DNA of 63,839 nt, filler included, from Dicyema japonicum (lineage: Eukaryota; Animalia; Dicyemida), in assembly GCA_011109175.1 (NCBI GenBank). It is 8 parts of 8 records of this genome, joined end to end, with 100 filler letters (N's around TTAATTAATTAA, not from the genome) between each part and the next. Parts side by side here need not be neighbours in the genome. Positions count along the whole stretch, not along the records: positions 47,004 to 54,204 come from RDEW01000040.1; positions 54,305 to 61,434 come from RDEW01000266.1; positions 61,535 to 63,839 come from RDEW01000198.1; 5 more parts are not named here. One strand, 5' to 3'. The first letter of the stretch is position 1; each line of letters starts with the position of its first letter. Under the pieces are notes generated by a model. That model saw only the letters and a program-made list of their open reading frames with translations. It searched no databases and was not told the DNA's origin. Shown here one piece after another: positions 48,998 through 61,796 of the stretch. The position numbers and the translations under genes are program-made.

Positions 48998-49802
48998 CAG
49001 CGTTTCCCAACCTTTTTGTGCTCGCGCACCTGAAACCAGTTTTTTTTCTCGCGGCACATATTAGTTAGAAATGCTTTTTTAATTACAAAAAGTAATTATG
49101 ATAACTAATAAGACACTTGCGCTTGTTTATGTGTACACAAACTTTCCAACGGGACATCTTCAATTTACAAAAGTTTTTTTAAATCCAAGGATTTTATCAG
49201 TTGAGGTTAACATATTCTTGAAATTTCTTTGTGAACATTTATTTAGAGAATTTATATGTTCGAAAATATACGTCAAATTCGCAAATTTATTCAGAATTAC
49301 CTTAGTAACCATTCTTTATTTTCGAAACGTGAAACAAAGTAAATTTTATTTTGCAGGCGGTAATATCAATTTTCTCTAATAGTGTGATTCTTACGGTTTT
49401 TAGATCTGAGCTCAGAAAAGAAGTAACTAGCTTCTAAAGCTCTTTGAGAAACTTGATGTGTTTTAACGAATGTGGCACTTTGAGTCTGCTGAGATTTTAA
49501 CATGTTCTTTAAATATATGATTTATATTATTATTTTGTGTTAAAGTATTTTTAATAATACAATCTCCATACCATGTAAATCAAAGTTCAAATATTTTCAG
49601 AAAAAATGATTTTTTTTGTTTTTATTCGCCGAAGATTACGATCTGAAACACCAAAAATTGCTCATAACTAGCTATTTTAATTTTATAATTTTTTAAAAGT
49701 TTTTTAATTAAATTAAATATTATACAAAATAAATAATTTTTAATTTTAATATAAAAATCTCGCGGCAGCAAAAGTGTTGCGGCACCCGGTTGCGAATCGC
49801 TG
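48998..49802 (-). mobile_element. hAT Charlie/Buster-type non-autonomous element (805 bp)
   Basis: TIRs CAGCGTTTCCCAACC and GGTTGCGAATCGCTG; perfect TSD GTCTAGAT at 48990-48997 and 49803-49810; remnant C-terminal KQAQVSY* on the minus strand. Confidence 0.92.
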
Positions 49803-50406
49803 GTCTAGATGCTACTCAGATTAATGCGATAGATTCGATCAAACTTCGAAAAAAATCCCTAATTAAAAAGATCCACTTAAAAGTCTTTCACAAGACTCTC
49901 TTTAGCAGTCAGGAGAGCCCGCATATTGACGTATCTTCGTCGTCAACGTGCTGAAATATGGGAATAACTCTCCCCGATCAGGAGGTTTATTCTCATGGGT
50001 GCAAATAAGTCTATACAACTTATATGCAGTCACCTGTTATTAAGAGGACTCTGAGAGTATCTGTTGATGCTCGCCGATCCAGTTCTTTCCGACATTTAGG
50101 TTTAAAGAGCTAGAGAATAGGAAGAAGGAAAGAGGTGTATGAACTGCCACCCAAAATTCATCCGAAGAAAGGCTCAGTACTTTTATACTAAAAAAGCTGT
50201 GTGGCTCGCATGTGCGCAGTTTAGGCACTTACGTGCCTCGGCTATGAGGTGGTTGCCTAAAGTGTATGAACGTGTGACAAAAAAATAATCTAATATGGAT
50301 CATTTAATTGGTGTCACCTCGATAGATAATCTACAAGTTATAGAATTGGAAAAATTATATATGTCATCCTGGTAGAATATTAGTATGGCTTGATAAAATA
50401 TAAATA

Positions 50407-52338
50407 CAGTCCGACCTCTAATTGGGCGCACCTCCAGGGGTGGGGCACCTCTTTTTTGGGGAAAACTCTGTTTTGGGGCATTATAAATTTTTTAACCAAA
50501 TTATAAAAAATCAATTAATTTTAACATCTCTATTTGGGGCATTATTATTATTATTAAAAGCACGTTCACAGACCAAAGAATAAAATTAACTAAGGTCCGT
50601 TTGTGCACACGCTCCGAAATTCTATTCACCAGTGTCTCCAACGCTGTCTGTTCCTCGCGTCTGCTCGTAGTTCTTCTAGATCGTCCGCACATTTGAGTTT
50701 TCTTCCAATTCATTAAGATCCTGTTTAGAGCAACAGGGAGGTGACTCTAGGTCTTCCTCTGAACGATGTTTGGGGCATTGATTTGGGGCATTGATTTTTA
50801 TTAACTAAAATTAATTATACCAATTTAAAAAATTAATATTTTAAGACACGTTTCATTTCAAATTTCTTGTGTAATGCCTTTGAATTATGAAACCAAGTTG
50901 AAGATTGCTGATCATCTTTTAAAGAAAGAACATTCTGAGAGGAGATTATCCATAATGTACAATACTAGCAAGGGAACTATTTTTCGTATAAAAATGAATA
51001 TTCTTCCATTTATCAAAAAAGGATTTCTTTCCTCATCATTAAGTGAAAATAAAAACGGATTTGATGAAAAAGTCCTTGATATTTTTCAGCGTCTAAGGGA
51101 TCAGAATGTTCCAGTTTCTGGAACTCTTTTAAAAAAAATTTCCCTAACTGTTTCTTCGAGAATGGGCTTAAACAAGTTTAAAGCTTCAAATGGATGGTTA
51201 GAAAAATTCAAGCAGAGGCATGAATTAAAATTCCGAACATTGTCAGGCGAATCCGCATCTGCTGATCATGCGATAATTTTGAATTTTTTATCAGAATTAA
51301 ATATCAAAGTTGAACAATATGGAAAGGAGAACATTTTTAATTGTGACGAAACTTCTCTTTTTATCAAACTTACCCCACGTAAATCATTCGTGAAAACTGG
51401 TGATTCGGCACGGGCTTTAAAAGGAGTAAAGATAAAGTTACTCTTCATCTATGCTGTAGTTACACTGGAGAAAAATTTGAACCATTAATAATCGGAAAAA
51501 TATAGAAATCCTAGATGTTTCAAAAAATTTTCTCCCGAAATTTATGGAATTTTATACTCTTCGTCCAAAAATGCGTGGATGACAAGAGACATTTTTATAT
51601 CCTGGCTCAAAAAAATTAATGAAAAAATGATTATTCAAAAAAGAAAAATCTTAATGTTATTAGATAACGCTGCTTGCCACAAAATATCGACATTTAGCAA
51701 CGTTGATTTTTTATTTTTACCAAAAAATACGACACCAATACTTCAACCATTGGATGCTGGAATCATTAAAAATTTCAAGGATAATTATTTGAATTGTCTA
51801 ATTGATTTTTTATGTTTTCAAGACGACCAGGATTTGTTTATAGAGTCTTTATCCAAATTAAATTTGCGGCAAGTGGTAACAATAATCTCAGATGCTTGGA
51901 ATAATGTATTGCGGATATTATTTATAACTGCTGGCAAAAGGTTTTTCGACAATCTCCATCAGACTCGAGTTGCATAAATGAATCATCTGAAGAAATATTT
52001 AATAATGTTATTGATGAATGTTTTGATGAAATAGAAGATAATGATCCAAATATCTATGAGAATATAAGCTGCGAACCATCAATATCACAAATTTTAAGTT
52101 TGATGGAAAACTTAGAGACAAACATCTTTGATTTGATTCCAGATTCTCTTCATGATTTTTATGAATTCAGAAAGAAAGTGTCGTTAGGAATTAAAAATAA
52201 ATATAAATATAGAGAAAATTAACTGATTATTTTAAAAAATAATGTTCTTTTTCTTTATTTATTGAGCTTTTTGAAAAACCTCTTTTTTGGGGAAACCTCT
52301 GATTTGAGCACTTAGTGCCCCATTTACAGGCCGGACTG
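50407..52338 (+). mobile_element. pogo/Tigger transposon, full length, transposase probably intact
   Basis: TIRs CAGTCCGACCTCTAATTGGG and reverse complement CAGTCCGGCCTGTAAATGGG with TA flanks; ORF from 50874 with HTH, FKASNGWLEKFK.RH, NCDETSL, KNAWMT, LLDNAACH and QPLDAGII; frame breaks lie at base runs. Confidence 0.92.
50544..50768 (-). mobile_element. 5'-truncated RTE insertion inside the Tigger element
   Basis: RGRPRVTS...DDLEELRVDARNRQRW; (TAA)n tail; TTTGGGGCATT at 50533-50543 and 50769-50779 as TSD. Confidence 0.78.
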
Positions 52339-53589
52339 TATTATTAAAGAGATCTCGAGAATGTAATAATAAAGACTAGCAATACAAGAGGGCTTGAGTT
52401 TTCATACGACAGGAACTGCTAGGCCGCAAACTTAAAAAGTGAAATGAGTGAAATTAAAAATGTTATTATTCAGTGATATTTATGAATTTTCACAAGGATT
52501 TTGTTAAACTAAACAATGATGGAATTTACTAAAAAAGAATATTCCTTCACTTAAATATAATAAATGTTTAAAAACGATACTTTTGAGGAGTAATAATGGT
52601 ATTTTAAATATTTCTATTGGTTGAATAAAAGCATTTAACTGCAGAAATATCCTAAAATTCAATCTCATTGGAAAAAAGGGCATTTTAATTCTAAAAAAAA
52701 TCTTGATTCGGGAGTTACATGATAATTAACTACAGCCAAACAATTCTCCGCACGCCTTGATTCTATTTTTGTATTAAAAAAAATTAACTTCAACACATTA
52801 ACAAAGTCGCGTTTTTCTCAAAAACAATCAAAATACAAACATACTGAAAAAAAACGATGTCCCTCAAAAATATGATCACAGGGTTGTTATGAATTTATTT
52901 TTCTTGTCCTGATTTCTGTTAAATAAATAAAACTGGAAGATATGAAAAAGCAAGATATATCGCTCAAAACGTATAATTAAAACGAAAAACAAGACTAAAA
53001 AAGAAAAAACAAATTATAGTTAAAGTAAGGAATTAATTTTAAGATTGATGTCCTGATAGCTAAAATAATTTATACATCAAATGTACTTGGAGGAATTGAC
53101 TTTAATACTTTATCGACATTTGAATTTTTAACCTTTATAGTGTACAAATACTTAGTGCATCTAAGTTTCAACTTTGAAAAATTTTTCTTATTGTTTTTGT
53201 ATCCCTTTATTTTGAGAACTAATAGTAGAAGATTTAAATAACAAACTTTTGCATCACTCTCCGGGCAAGTTGCAGAATTCTTTTATTTCAAAAACTTGTC
53301 GAGGCTATATTACAAAATGAATTAAAACATAAAAACCATCACCACAACAGATCACAGCAACGTGAAAATATATTTTATATTAATATATTTTAATGAAATA
53401 ATTACAAATATTTTTTAACTTTTAGAAGAATTCTTCATAAATAAGCTTCTACTATAAAAAATAATTGTCTATTATACAGAATAATCAGATTCCATAGCAT
53501 ATTATTTTAAAATTTAAAAGATAGAAATCAATTTTAGTAGCAATTATTTTGAATATTCCTGTTTTTAACTCAAATATAAGTATACGAGT

Positions 53590-53755
53590 GGAGTGATTGG
53601 TCCGCGGGGAAGAGATTCTCTCGGTCATTGACAAGCTCATTGGAAAACAGACCAGTGACCATCAGGAAACAGCTGCCTGTACAGAGGCTATCGATAGCAA
53701 TCTTGCGAGCTAACTCGTTTGCTATCCGCGGTGCAGCCACTGGGGAATCCTAATT
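53590..53755 (+). mobile_element. CRE-like 3' end remnant
   Basis: QRLSIAILRANSFAI matches the REL C-terminal QR.S.A..RGN motif. Confidence 0.6.
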
Positions 53756-53789
53756 CCTTTGATTAATCATTTTTTACATTTACTTAGAT

Positions 53790-53900
53790 CAGCGTTTCCC
53801 AAAGTACTATTAAAAAAAAAAAGTACTAGAGGTGACGCGAAAAATTGGAAAATTATTTTATATTCAAGTAAATTAATTTTTTTAGACAAAATAAATAGAT
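53790..53900. mobile_element. hAT Charlie-type terminal fragment
   Basis: ttagat followed by CAGCGTTTCCCAA, the same terminus as 48998; partner end not found. Confidence 0.5.
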
Positions 53901-56810
53901 TCTCAACAAATAACGTGCCGTGTCGACATCTATAGTGTTATTGTTATTTATTATTTTTTTGTAGATATTATATCCTATTTAATGAACAACAAAACGTTAA
54001 ATCGAAATAACTCTAAAGACGATAATTCGAAAGTATAAAAAATTACAATTAACGATAAAGAAATGAAAATACCTGGACGAATATCTGTTAATATGAATTT
54101 GCAAAGTGTGGTTAACAGCCTTTATCGAATGTATGTTTTGTCACAAAAATATTGTGCAACGCTTCTCTTGTTCCTTCTAAACTTTTACGTCACTTGAATT
54201 CTTANNNNNNNNNNNNNNNNNNNNNNNNNNNNNNNNNNNNNNNNNNNNTTAATTAATTAANNNNNNNNNNNNNNNNNNNNNNNNNNNNNNNNNNNNNNNN
54301 NNNNGAGAATATATTTTCTTTTCAATCATTTGTTCCTTTAAAAAATAATAATTTTATCATTAACCTGAATTGAATCTGTCAAAACATTAAAAGCTTCATT
54401 TAAATAGTCTATTTCAGATAAAATTTTTATTTCTGATAACTTAAAATCAGATTGAATAAAATATTCTGAGAACATAAAATCCCCCAAGTTTCTATCGCCT
54501 AGAAACAAATTTTATAAACTAATGTTAGATAAAAAAAATATTTATACTTTTTAATTAATTCAATATAATTCGATTAAAATAAATATGATTTATTTATGAG
54601 AAATCTCAATAATAAAATAAAGAAGAAGAATATGGTTTATTGAATGCAATAGCCAAAAAAGAAAAGTGGCCAAGGAATTAGAGCTTAGGGGGCTTGAGAA
54701 CGAGAACCACTAAGGTCTCAACTCCGGTTTAGCCNTTTTCTTATCTCCCTCAACGAACTCGAGTTTTGAACAGGATTGCGTCTATCGTGTCAATACTCCG
54801 CTCATGCAAGTTCTCCAGGGGACTGCTGAGCTCCAGGCCGAATGCCAGTTTGATCGAAAATCGTCTTGTTTTTTCGAGTTTGGCGAATAGACGGTCCCTT
54901 TCGTCAGTTTGGTACCATCCCTTCGAACCATAGATTATTAGTGGCTGCAAAAGTGAGGTTGATTCCGCGAATAAAAATAAAATTTCAATTCTTTTCAAAG
55001 TTTATGTTATTTTATGTAACAGGCAACGATCAATAACTAACAATATATTTCTATTTTTCTTATCTAATTCGAGTTCCCATTTCAATACCCACTGATTAAA
55101 ATTTTTTTGTATCCATACATGCTCTGTTTGAATTTTTGTATGTGAGATAATTTTCAATATTATTTCCTTTGAAACATCTGGGTGATTTTGTCAATTGAGT
55201 TGTATTTTAAGACGGAAACTCTAGTTTTATTCAATTGGGAAACTCCAATAGATTCCCAAGAATAGAATATTTTATTTTCTATATAACAAACTCGTCACTA
55301 AATTAAGAGAGGAAGAGAAGGAGAATAACCGAACGAGACCAAGGGGAAGAGAGAATCGAGTTTGTTTGCTGATTGGGGTCTACTGTAATGGGACACCAGA
55401 TGTCCCTTCGACGAAATGATGACCCCTTGCACCACTATTTATTTAAGTGATGCAACAATTTTTCAATGGATCGTACAGATCCCTCCAGCTCTNCCCACCC
55501 TTTTTTTCAGAACTCATCTTCGAGAAAATTTTCCAAAAGTTCGGATTTTTAGGAGAGAGTTTAGAGCATTCTTTTTTCCAGCTCTCCTCTACTATATTCT
55601 TAGATAATTCCTCTGCCAAATTACTAATAGATTTCCATAAGGTGTTATTTTTCTTAAGATCGTTAATGGATCTTCGAGAAATATTCTTTTTTAAAGACTT
55701 TGTGAAAATTCTCGCAATTCTGCTTACGTATAGATTCGGATTATTATTAATAAATGTAAAAAAATTAATTTTTTGTAGATATGACGGATGCGATAATTTC
55801 CTTAAGAAATTTGTATTTTTATCTAGAAATGGCGGATCCGAGAGAGTTTACTGTATTTAAAATACGATTCTGAAAAGATCAAATGAGGTGTGATTTAAAA
55901 GCCCTATATTTCTTTTTAAAAAGTTTATATTAACTATTAAGTTTTCAGACGTCTAAAAATCATAGAATGATGTAATAAATTAGAAAAAAACATTGTGTGA
56001 CGCAAACTATCTAATAATGATGTTTTAAAAAATCTGTTAAGGTCAACTAACTAATATTTGTGTACTTCCAGTAACTATACTAGTTGTTTGTTTACTGTTC
56101 TTAAACAAACTTTATTCGACATGGCAAATATAAAATTTCACCACAAAACACAATCCTAAATCGGCTTAATTTAATGGAAAATTAATGTCTCAGAAATGTG
56201 TAATACAGAATGTTTTTCACTGGTTCTTTGTATCTCTTGAAAATAAACAGACGATATTTAGATAAACGTTAGATAATTGATAACCAGAAAGTATTATCAA
56301 AACAAACTAAAAAATATGAAGTTAACAAAAATCGTAATTTTGATACATTTTTTGTTAAATCACAAATTATGAAATGCGTCTTAGGGAGTTTCGTTTCAAT
56401 TTGTATTTTAATTTTAATTCAGAGTCATTCTCTTATAAAAATTTACATTTTAGAATTTAATTTGTTTTTTAATGTTATATTTATTAATATTAATATTTTT
56501 ATTTAGTATAAATGTTATCATTTTAAATTAACTAGGTGCAAAATAGTACAACATCATTACGTTAAAATTTAATACTTTGCAAATTTCAAATTTCTTATAG
56601 AAACCCAAACGAATAATTCCCACAATGGAAAATTGTGCTCGACGATCAATTTCCCAACGATTTAAAAATAGGTTATATCTATTTGATAATCACATTATGC
56701 CTATCATTGACGTAATTAATTATAGCTATCGGAACTCCGTGAAAATGGCAAACTCATCAATATTCAAACATGTATCCATATTATTAATTTTAATATAATT
56801 TTAGAAAAAA

Positions 56811-58385
56811 ATGAGCTATGATAAACTCATTAGAAAAGAAAGTAAAAAGATACGTATTATTAAATTTGTATTTTTAGATGATAATTTTCTAATATTTGGA
56901 GGAAAAATAGAAAACGCCATCTTTACGTCGTACGAATCTGGGCTATTGGTTCCAACGTTCTTTTCTGAATGGGTTGCATATATTGAAGAAAAAGGTAATA
57001 TAATTTATCATTTAACCCCTTTAAATTATTTTATTAAAATTCCATTTTACAGAATTACCTAAATCGAACAAAATATATTGCCTTAATAAAAATGTTAATT
57101 AATTCATTACAATCCAATAATCCAGCATAATATTAATTCAAATTTAAATATGTTTATTTATTAATGAATTATTTTTAAACTTTAACTGAACTTAAATTTG
57201 ATTTTTCAAAAAATTGTAGGAATTTTTGTTGAGAAAATTTATGATTCCATATCGCCCAGAAAAGAAATTAAGTCACTTATCCAAAGATATAACTGCCATG
57301 AAAAAATTATATCATCAGAGTACGATTTCATTTTAATAGCCAACATTCTGAAAATATATTTGAATACAATATGTGGAGGACTTTTTGAAAACCAATACCA
57401 CGCTCTCAGGGCTCTTGCTAGTATGCTATCTTACAGATTTCAAATTTAGCAGGCAAGGAACGTGTAAGTACTAATGAATTTCAATACATTTTTTCATTGT
57501 TGCCGACTTCGAATTATTCAATTTTTGGCTACTTGGTTCGTCATATTCGAATAATGTCAGAATATGTTTGTATTTTTCAGTTTAAACTATTTATTAGGAA
57601 AAAAAGACTAAAATGTCTAAGGATGATTTAGTACAAATATTTTCAGATGTTCTCAGGGTTGACGACGAGTTACTCTACATTATTATAACCGAAGATTCAG
57701 AAATTTTTCCAGGTAAACATTTTGTAAGGTACAAATCAATTAAATAATTTATTTCAAAACAGAAATTTCTCACGGAGTGATGGTAAAAATAGCCACGAGC
57801 TTCTATTGTCAGAAATGGCACTTGTTGGTGAAATAAATTTCCACGAATCGGCCATTAATTTACTCACAAAATCGCAGTATAGTAAAGATTCGGGAATGGA
57901 ACTGCTACGTCACAAATATTCTATAAACTATCTTAAAAATGAAGTTTCAAAATTTTAATAACTCATAATAGTTAGATGGATGTTTGATTATTCCTGAGAC
58001 ATCAAATGATTTTATTGACAAATCAGATGAAATACCCGATGCTGCTGACTTTTTATCAGATGATGAAAATATGTAAGATAATAATATTTAACTTTTTAAA
58101 GAATTGGGACTACAAATAAAACAGAAAAAGGTGGTTATAATCACTTCTCATTAATAGATTTATTTAGTGAAAATGAAATAAACAAACAAATTAAACTCAA
58201 TTTACAAGTGGAATTAAATAAAATAAGTTTCAAACAATAATAATTTTAAAGGCAATAAAATATCTGATGAAATCTTGGCAGAAGATGCAGAAATTAAAAA
58301 ACTAAAACTTCAGTTAGAAGAGAAAGAGCCTAAATTTACAAAAGAATTTGAACTACTCATAGAAAACAAATCTTTAAAAGTATAA
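56811..58385 (+). CDS. RhoGAP-domain protein, RalBP1/RLIP76-like
   Basis: FGG.IE.....G..VP.FF.E.V.YIEEKG, IANILKIYL, EFQ.IF..LP.SNY.I..YLV.HI and E..TKM...V.IF..VL..D..LY.I.T...EIF, then a coiled-coil tail. Introns of 225 nt (56995-57219), 29 nt and 32 nt. 5' and 3' limits uncertain. Confidence 0.72.
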
Positions 58386-59156
58386 TTAAAGAAATAAAAA
58401 TTATCAGAAAGTTAATGAGTGGTTGGTAAATAAAGTAACCGAAACATATAACGAGAATGCAGTATTGAGTTCTTATATCGATTATATGAAAAATTCTAAT
58501 ATTAAATAGGAAAAATATTAAATTAATTTTTAATAAATTGATATATAACATTTATGTACCTGAGTTTAAATCATTGTAAAAAGATTATCATTTTAACAAG
58601 AGTAGAACCAATTTTTATTCGTTATAGCAGTCTTTTTAATTTTGTATTCATTCAAGTTTTAAGATAGCTTTTTGTCAGCAAGGAACGACCCGATGTTCGT
58701 GTTCCTCTGAGCAATTTTGGCCGATACTATATTCTCATCCTGTATAAAATGGGGCTAAGAGTCATAGATTGGATATTTACGAATTTTTCACACCCTAGGT
58801 AAATAGTACTATAAAATCTGCTCACCATTTTGAAAATATGATGAGTACAGCCGCCACCTTCGGATTGTGAATCAGTGCCAAATTCACTAGAAAGCAGATC
58901 ACACTCGTGTAATTTTTCAATTTCAACACGCTTCATAAATTGTTTGAATGTAACTCCAACTTCTAAATTAAACTATTGTATAATCATTGTTTGGATGTGT
59001 CTTCGTTAATTTTAGTTGTCAAAGAATCCTTTTGAATCCATTAACCATTAAAAACTTTGGTTCAATTTTTCTTCATTTTTCCCTTCTTTCATTACTCATT
59101 CATTCTTCTATTCACTTTGTTTATTCCTCATTATCTCATTCTTAATATTCATTCAC

Positions 59157-59395
59157 ATGCAGCTCTCGGGAACTTTTACCGAACTGAAATTGTCCTTTCT
59201 AGTCTTCATTGCTGGAGATTGGAACGCTAAAGCGGGAGTACGTCGAGAACATGAGTCTACGATCTTAAAACACGGAAGAGGGATTACGAACCTCCCGGGG
59301 ACCATGCTGATAAATTTCTTCCAGGCGTTTGTTCTATTTCTGTGTAACACTGCGTTTGCGCATGCTCCACGACATAATACCACCTGAACAGGCTG
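59157..59395 (+). mobile_element. RTE APE fragment, runs into a gap
   Basis: IAGDWNAKAG..HGRG.TNLPG..L..F...LFLCNTAF.H..RH.TT, homologous to 46339-46551. Confidence 0.8.
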
Positions 59396-60373
59396 NNNNN
59401 NNNNNNNNNNNNNNNNNNNNNNNNNNNNNNNNNNNNNNNNNNNNNNNNNNNNNNNNNNNNNNNNNNNNNNNNNNNNNNNNNNNNNNNNNNNNNNNNNNNN
59501 NNNNNNNNNNNNNNNNNNNNNNNNNNNNNNNNNNNNNNNNNNNNNNNNNNNNNNNNNNNNNNNNNNNNNNNNNNNNNNNNNNNNNNNNNNNNNNNNNNNN
59601 NNNNNNNNNNNNNNNNNNNNNNNNNNNNNNNNNNNNNNNNNNNNNNNNNNNNNNNNNNNNNNNNNNNNNNNNNNNNNNNNNNNNNNNNNNNNNNNNNNNN
59701 NNNNNNNNNNNNNNNNNNNNNNNNNNNNNNNNNNNNNNNNNNNNNNNNNNNNNNNNNNNNNNNNNNNNNNNNNNNNNNNNNNNNNNNNNNNNNNNNNNNN
59801 NNNNNNNNNNNNNNNNNNNNNNNNNNNNNNNNNNNNNNNNNNNNNNNNNNNNNNNNNNNNNNNNNNNNNNNNNNNNNNNNNNNNNNNNNNNNNNNNNNNN
59901 NNNNNNNNNNNNNNNNNNNNNNNNNNNNNNNNNNNNNNNNNNNNNNNNNNNNNNNNNNNNNNNNNNNNNNNNNNNNNNNNNNNNNNNNNNNNNNNNNNNN
60001 NNNNNNNNNNNNNNNNNNNNNNNNNNNNNNNNNNNNNNNNNNNNNNNNNNNNNNNNNNNNNNNNNNNNNNNNNNNNNNNNNNNNNNNNNNNNNNNNNNNN
60101 NNNNNNNNNNNNNNNNNNNNNNNNNNNAAAAAAAAAACTTAAAAAAATAAAATGAAAAAATGAAAACTGTAAAAACTGTAAAAAAGGAAGAACAATAAAA
60201 AACAAAAGAAAATATCAAAAAATTGAACTATACTTTTTATTTTTCGAAAAATAATATGTTATTTTCTCTTTCTATTTTTCTTTGATCGTAGGAATACTAG
60301 CACAATGAAATTGGTTGAATAAATTTCGACTAACTATTACTTCCCATTCCCATTAGAAATTCCGTAAATAAGC

Positions 60374-60984
60374 TCGATTCTTTTTTTGACAGCCATAACT
60401 GACAAGGGAAATTCAGATAGTGCTTAAGAGCCTTTTAAGATTTCAGAAATTAATCCTAATGACCTTGATTAGACAATCTTTTCAAAAGATAGATTTATGT
60501 GGAATGTTCAATATGTATTACTGTGTGGGGATAAAAAGAAGATTAGTATGCCGGGTGCTGAGAATATATAAAGTCTTGAAACAAATATCGCAAATCACTA
60601 AGAAAAAGGACACAAGGAATAGCCGGGAGTGATTCAGAATAACTTTTCATTCTTACTTCTTACTTGAANAGAATATATAAAGTCTTGAAGCAAATATCGC
60701 AAATCACAAAGAAAAAGGACACAAGGAATGGCCGGGAGTGATTCAGAATAACTTTTCATTCTTACTTGAATATACATAAATTATCTCGATTCTTTTTTTG
60801 ACAACCATTACTGACAAGGGCAATTAAGATAATGCATAAGAGCCTTTTAAGATTTCGGAAATTAATCTTAATGACCTTGATTAGACAATCTACTTTAGAT
60901 AGCAAAGAAGATGAGGCTCAAGAGCCTTTTAGAGATTGCCGAATAAAGCTTAATGACCTTGATAAGACAATCCACTTTAGATAG
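60374..60984. repeat. Compound direct repeats (about 118-bp unit x2.5; about 100-bp unit x2)
   Basis: ctcgattcttttttgaca..ttagacaatc at 60374 and 60786, partial at 60916; gaatatataaagtcttgaa..ttcattcttactt at 60560 and 60670, the latter pair split by N at 60669. Confidence 0.8.
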
Positions 60985-61053
60985 CATTTGCTAGATAGAT
61001 TTACGTTGAATGTTCAATATTTATTACTGCGTACCGTTAAAATTAAGATTAGA

Positions 61054-61434
61054 ATGGCGGGTGGTAAGAATCTGGAAAGTTTCGATCAAAATATCGTTGA
61101 TCAGAATACCCAAGACCTGGAAAGTTCCGTACAAAATATCGAGGTTGAAAAAGCAAAAGATCAGGAAAAATTCCAACAAAATATCATGGATCATAAAGGA
61201 AAAGATCTGGAAAGTTTTGAAAAATTTATCATTTATCAAAAAACCAAAGAATTAAAAGAGTTTGGGGGGAGTAATAAAAAAGAAGTGTGCACAAACAGGT
61301 TAGTTGATGTAGGTGTAGCCAATGTAGGTAGTGTAGGTGGTAATTTAGGTGTAGGTAATGCAGGAAATCTCGGCGCTGGCAATGTAGGTAGTGTAGGTGC
61401 ATGCGTAGGGAATGTAGGTGCAGGCAAGGTAGGT
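61054..61434 (+). CDS. Tandem-repeat protein: 15-aa DLESxxQNIxxxKxK units then G/N/V-rich repeats, truncated by a gap
   Basis: Open frame with 45-nt units (NLESFDQNIVDQNTQ, DLESSVQNIEVEKAK, DQEKFQQNIMDHKGK, DLESFEKFIIYQKTK), then GNVGSVG/GNLGVG/GNVGAG. Confidence 0.5.
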
Positions 61435-61796
61435 NNNNNNNNNNNNNNNNNNNNNNNNNNNNNNNNNNNNNNNNNNNNTTAATTAATTAANNNNNNNNNN
61501 NNNNNNNNNNNNNNNNNNNNNNNNNNNNNNNNNNTCGGATTGGGACCCTGATATGAATATTCGAACAGCTGAGAATAATAATATGCTCTAGAGTCGACAA
61601 TATACTTTCCTTTCAACTGATTGATCATTGTGATGCTAATATAGCATAAAATGCTAATAGACCGGTCATAGCAACATTACATTGAATTATTCTTAATAAA
61701 TTGTTTTATGATTAAAAAAGCTATAAAATAAAATTTTATTTAAAATTGTATTAAAATTAAAATAATAATTTTAAATTTTTACATAAGTGTTTTGTA

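Noticed and set aside
55416-55860. 137-aa plus-strand ORF as a host gene
   Set aside because: It is F/L/K-biased as expected for AT-rich antisense sequence and lies next to a LINE thumb remnant (54750-54998); probably TE debris.
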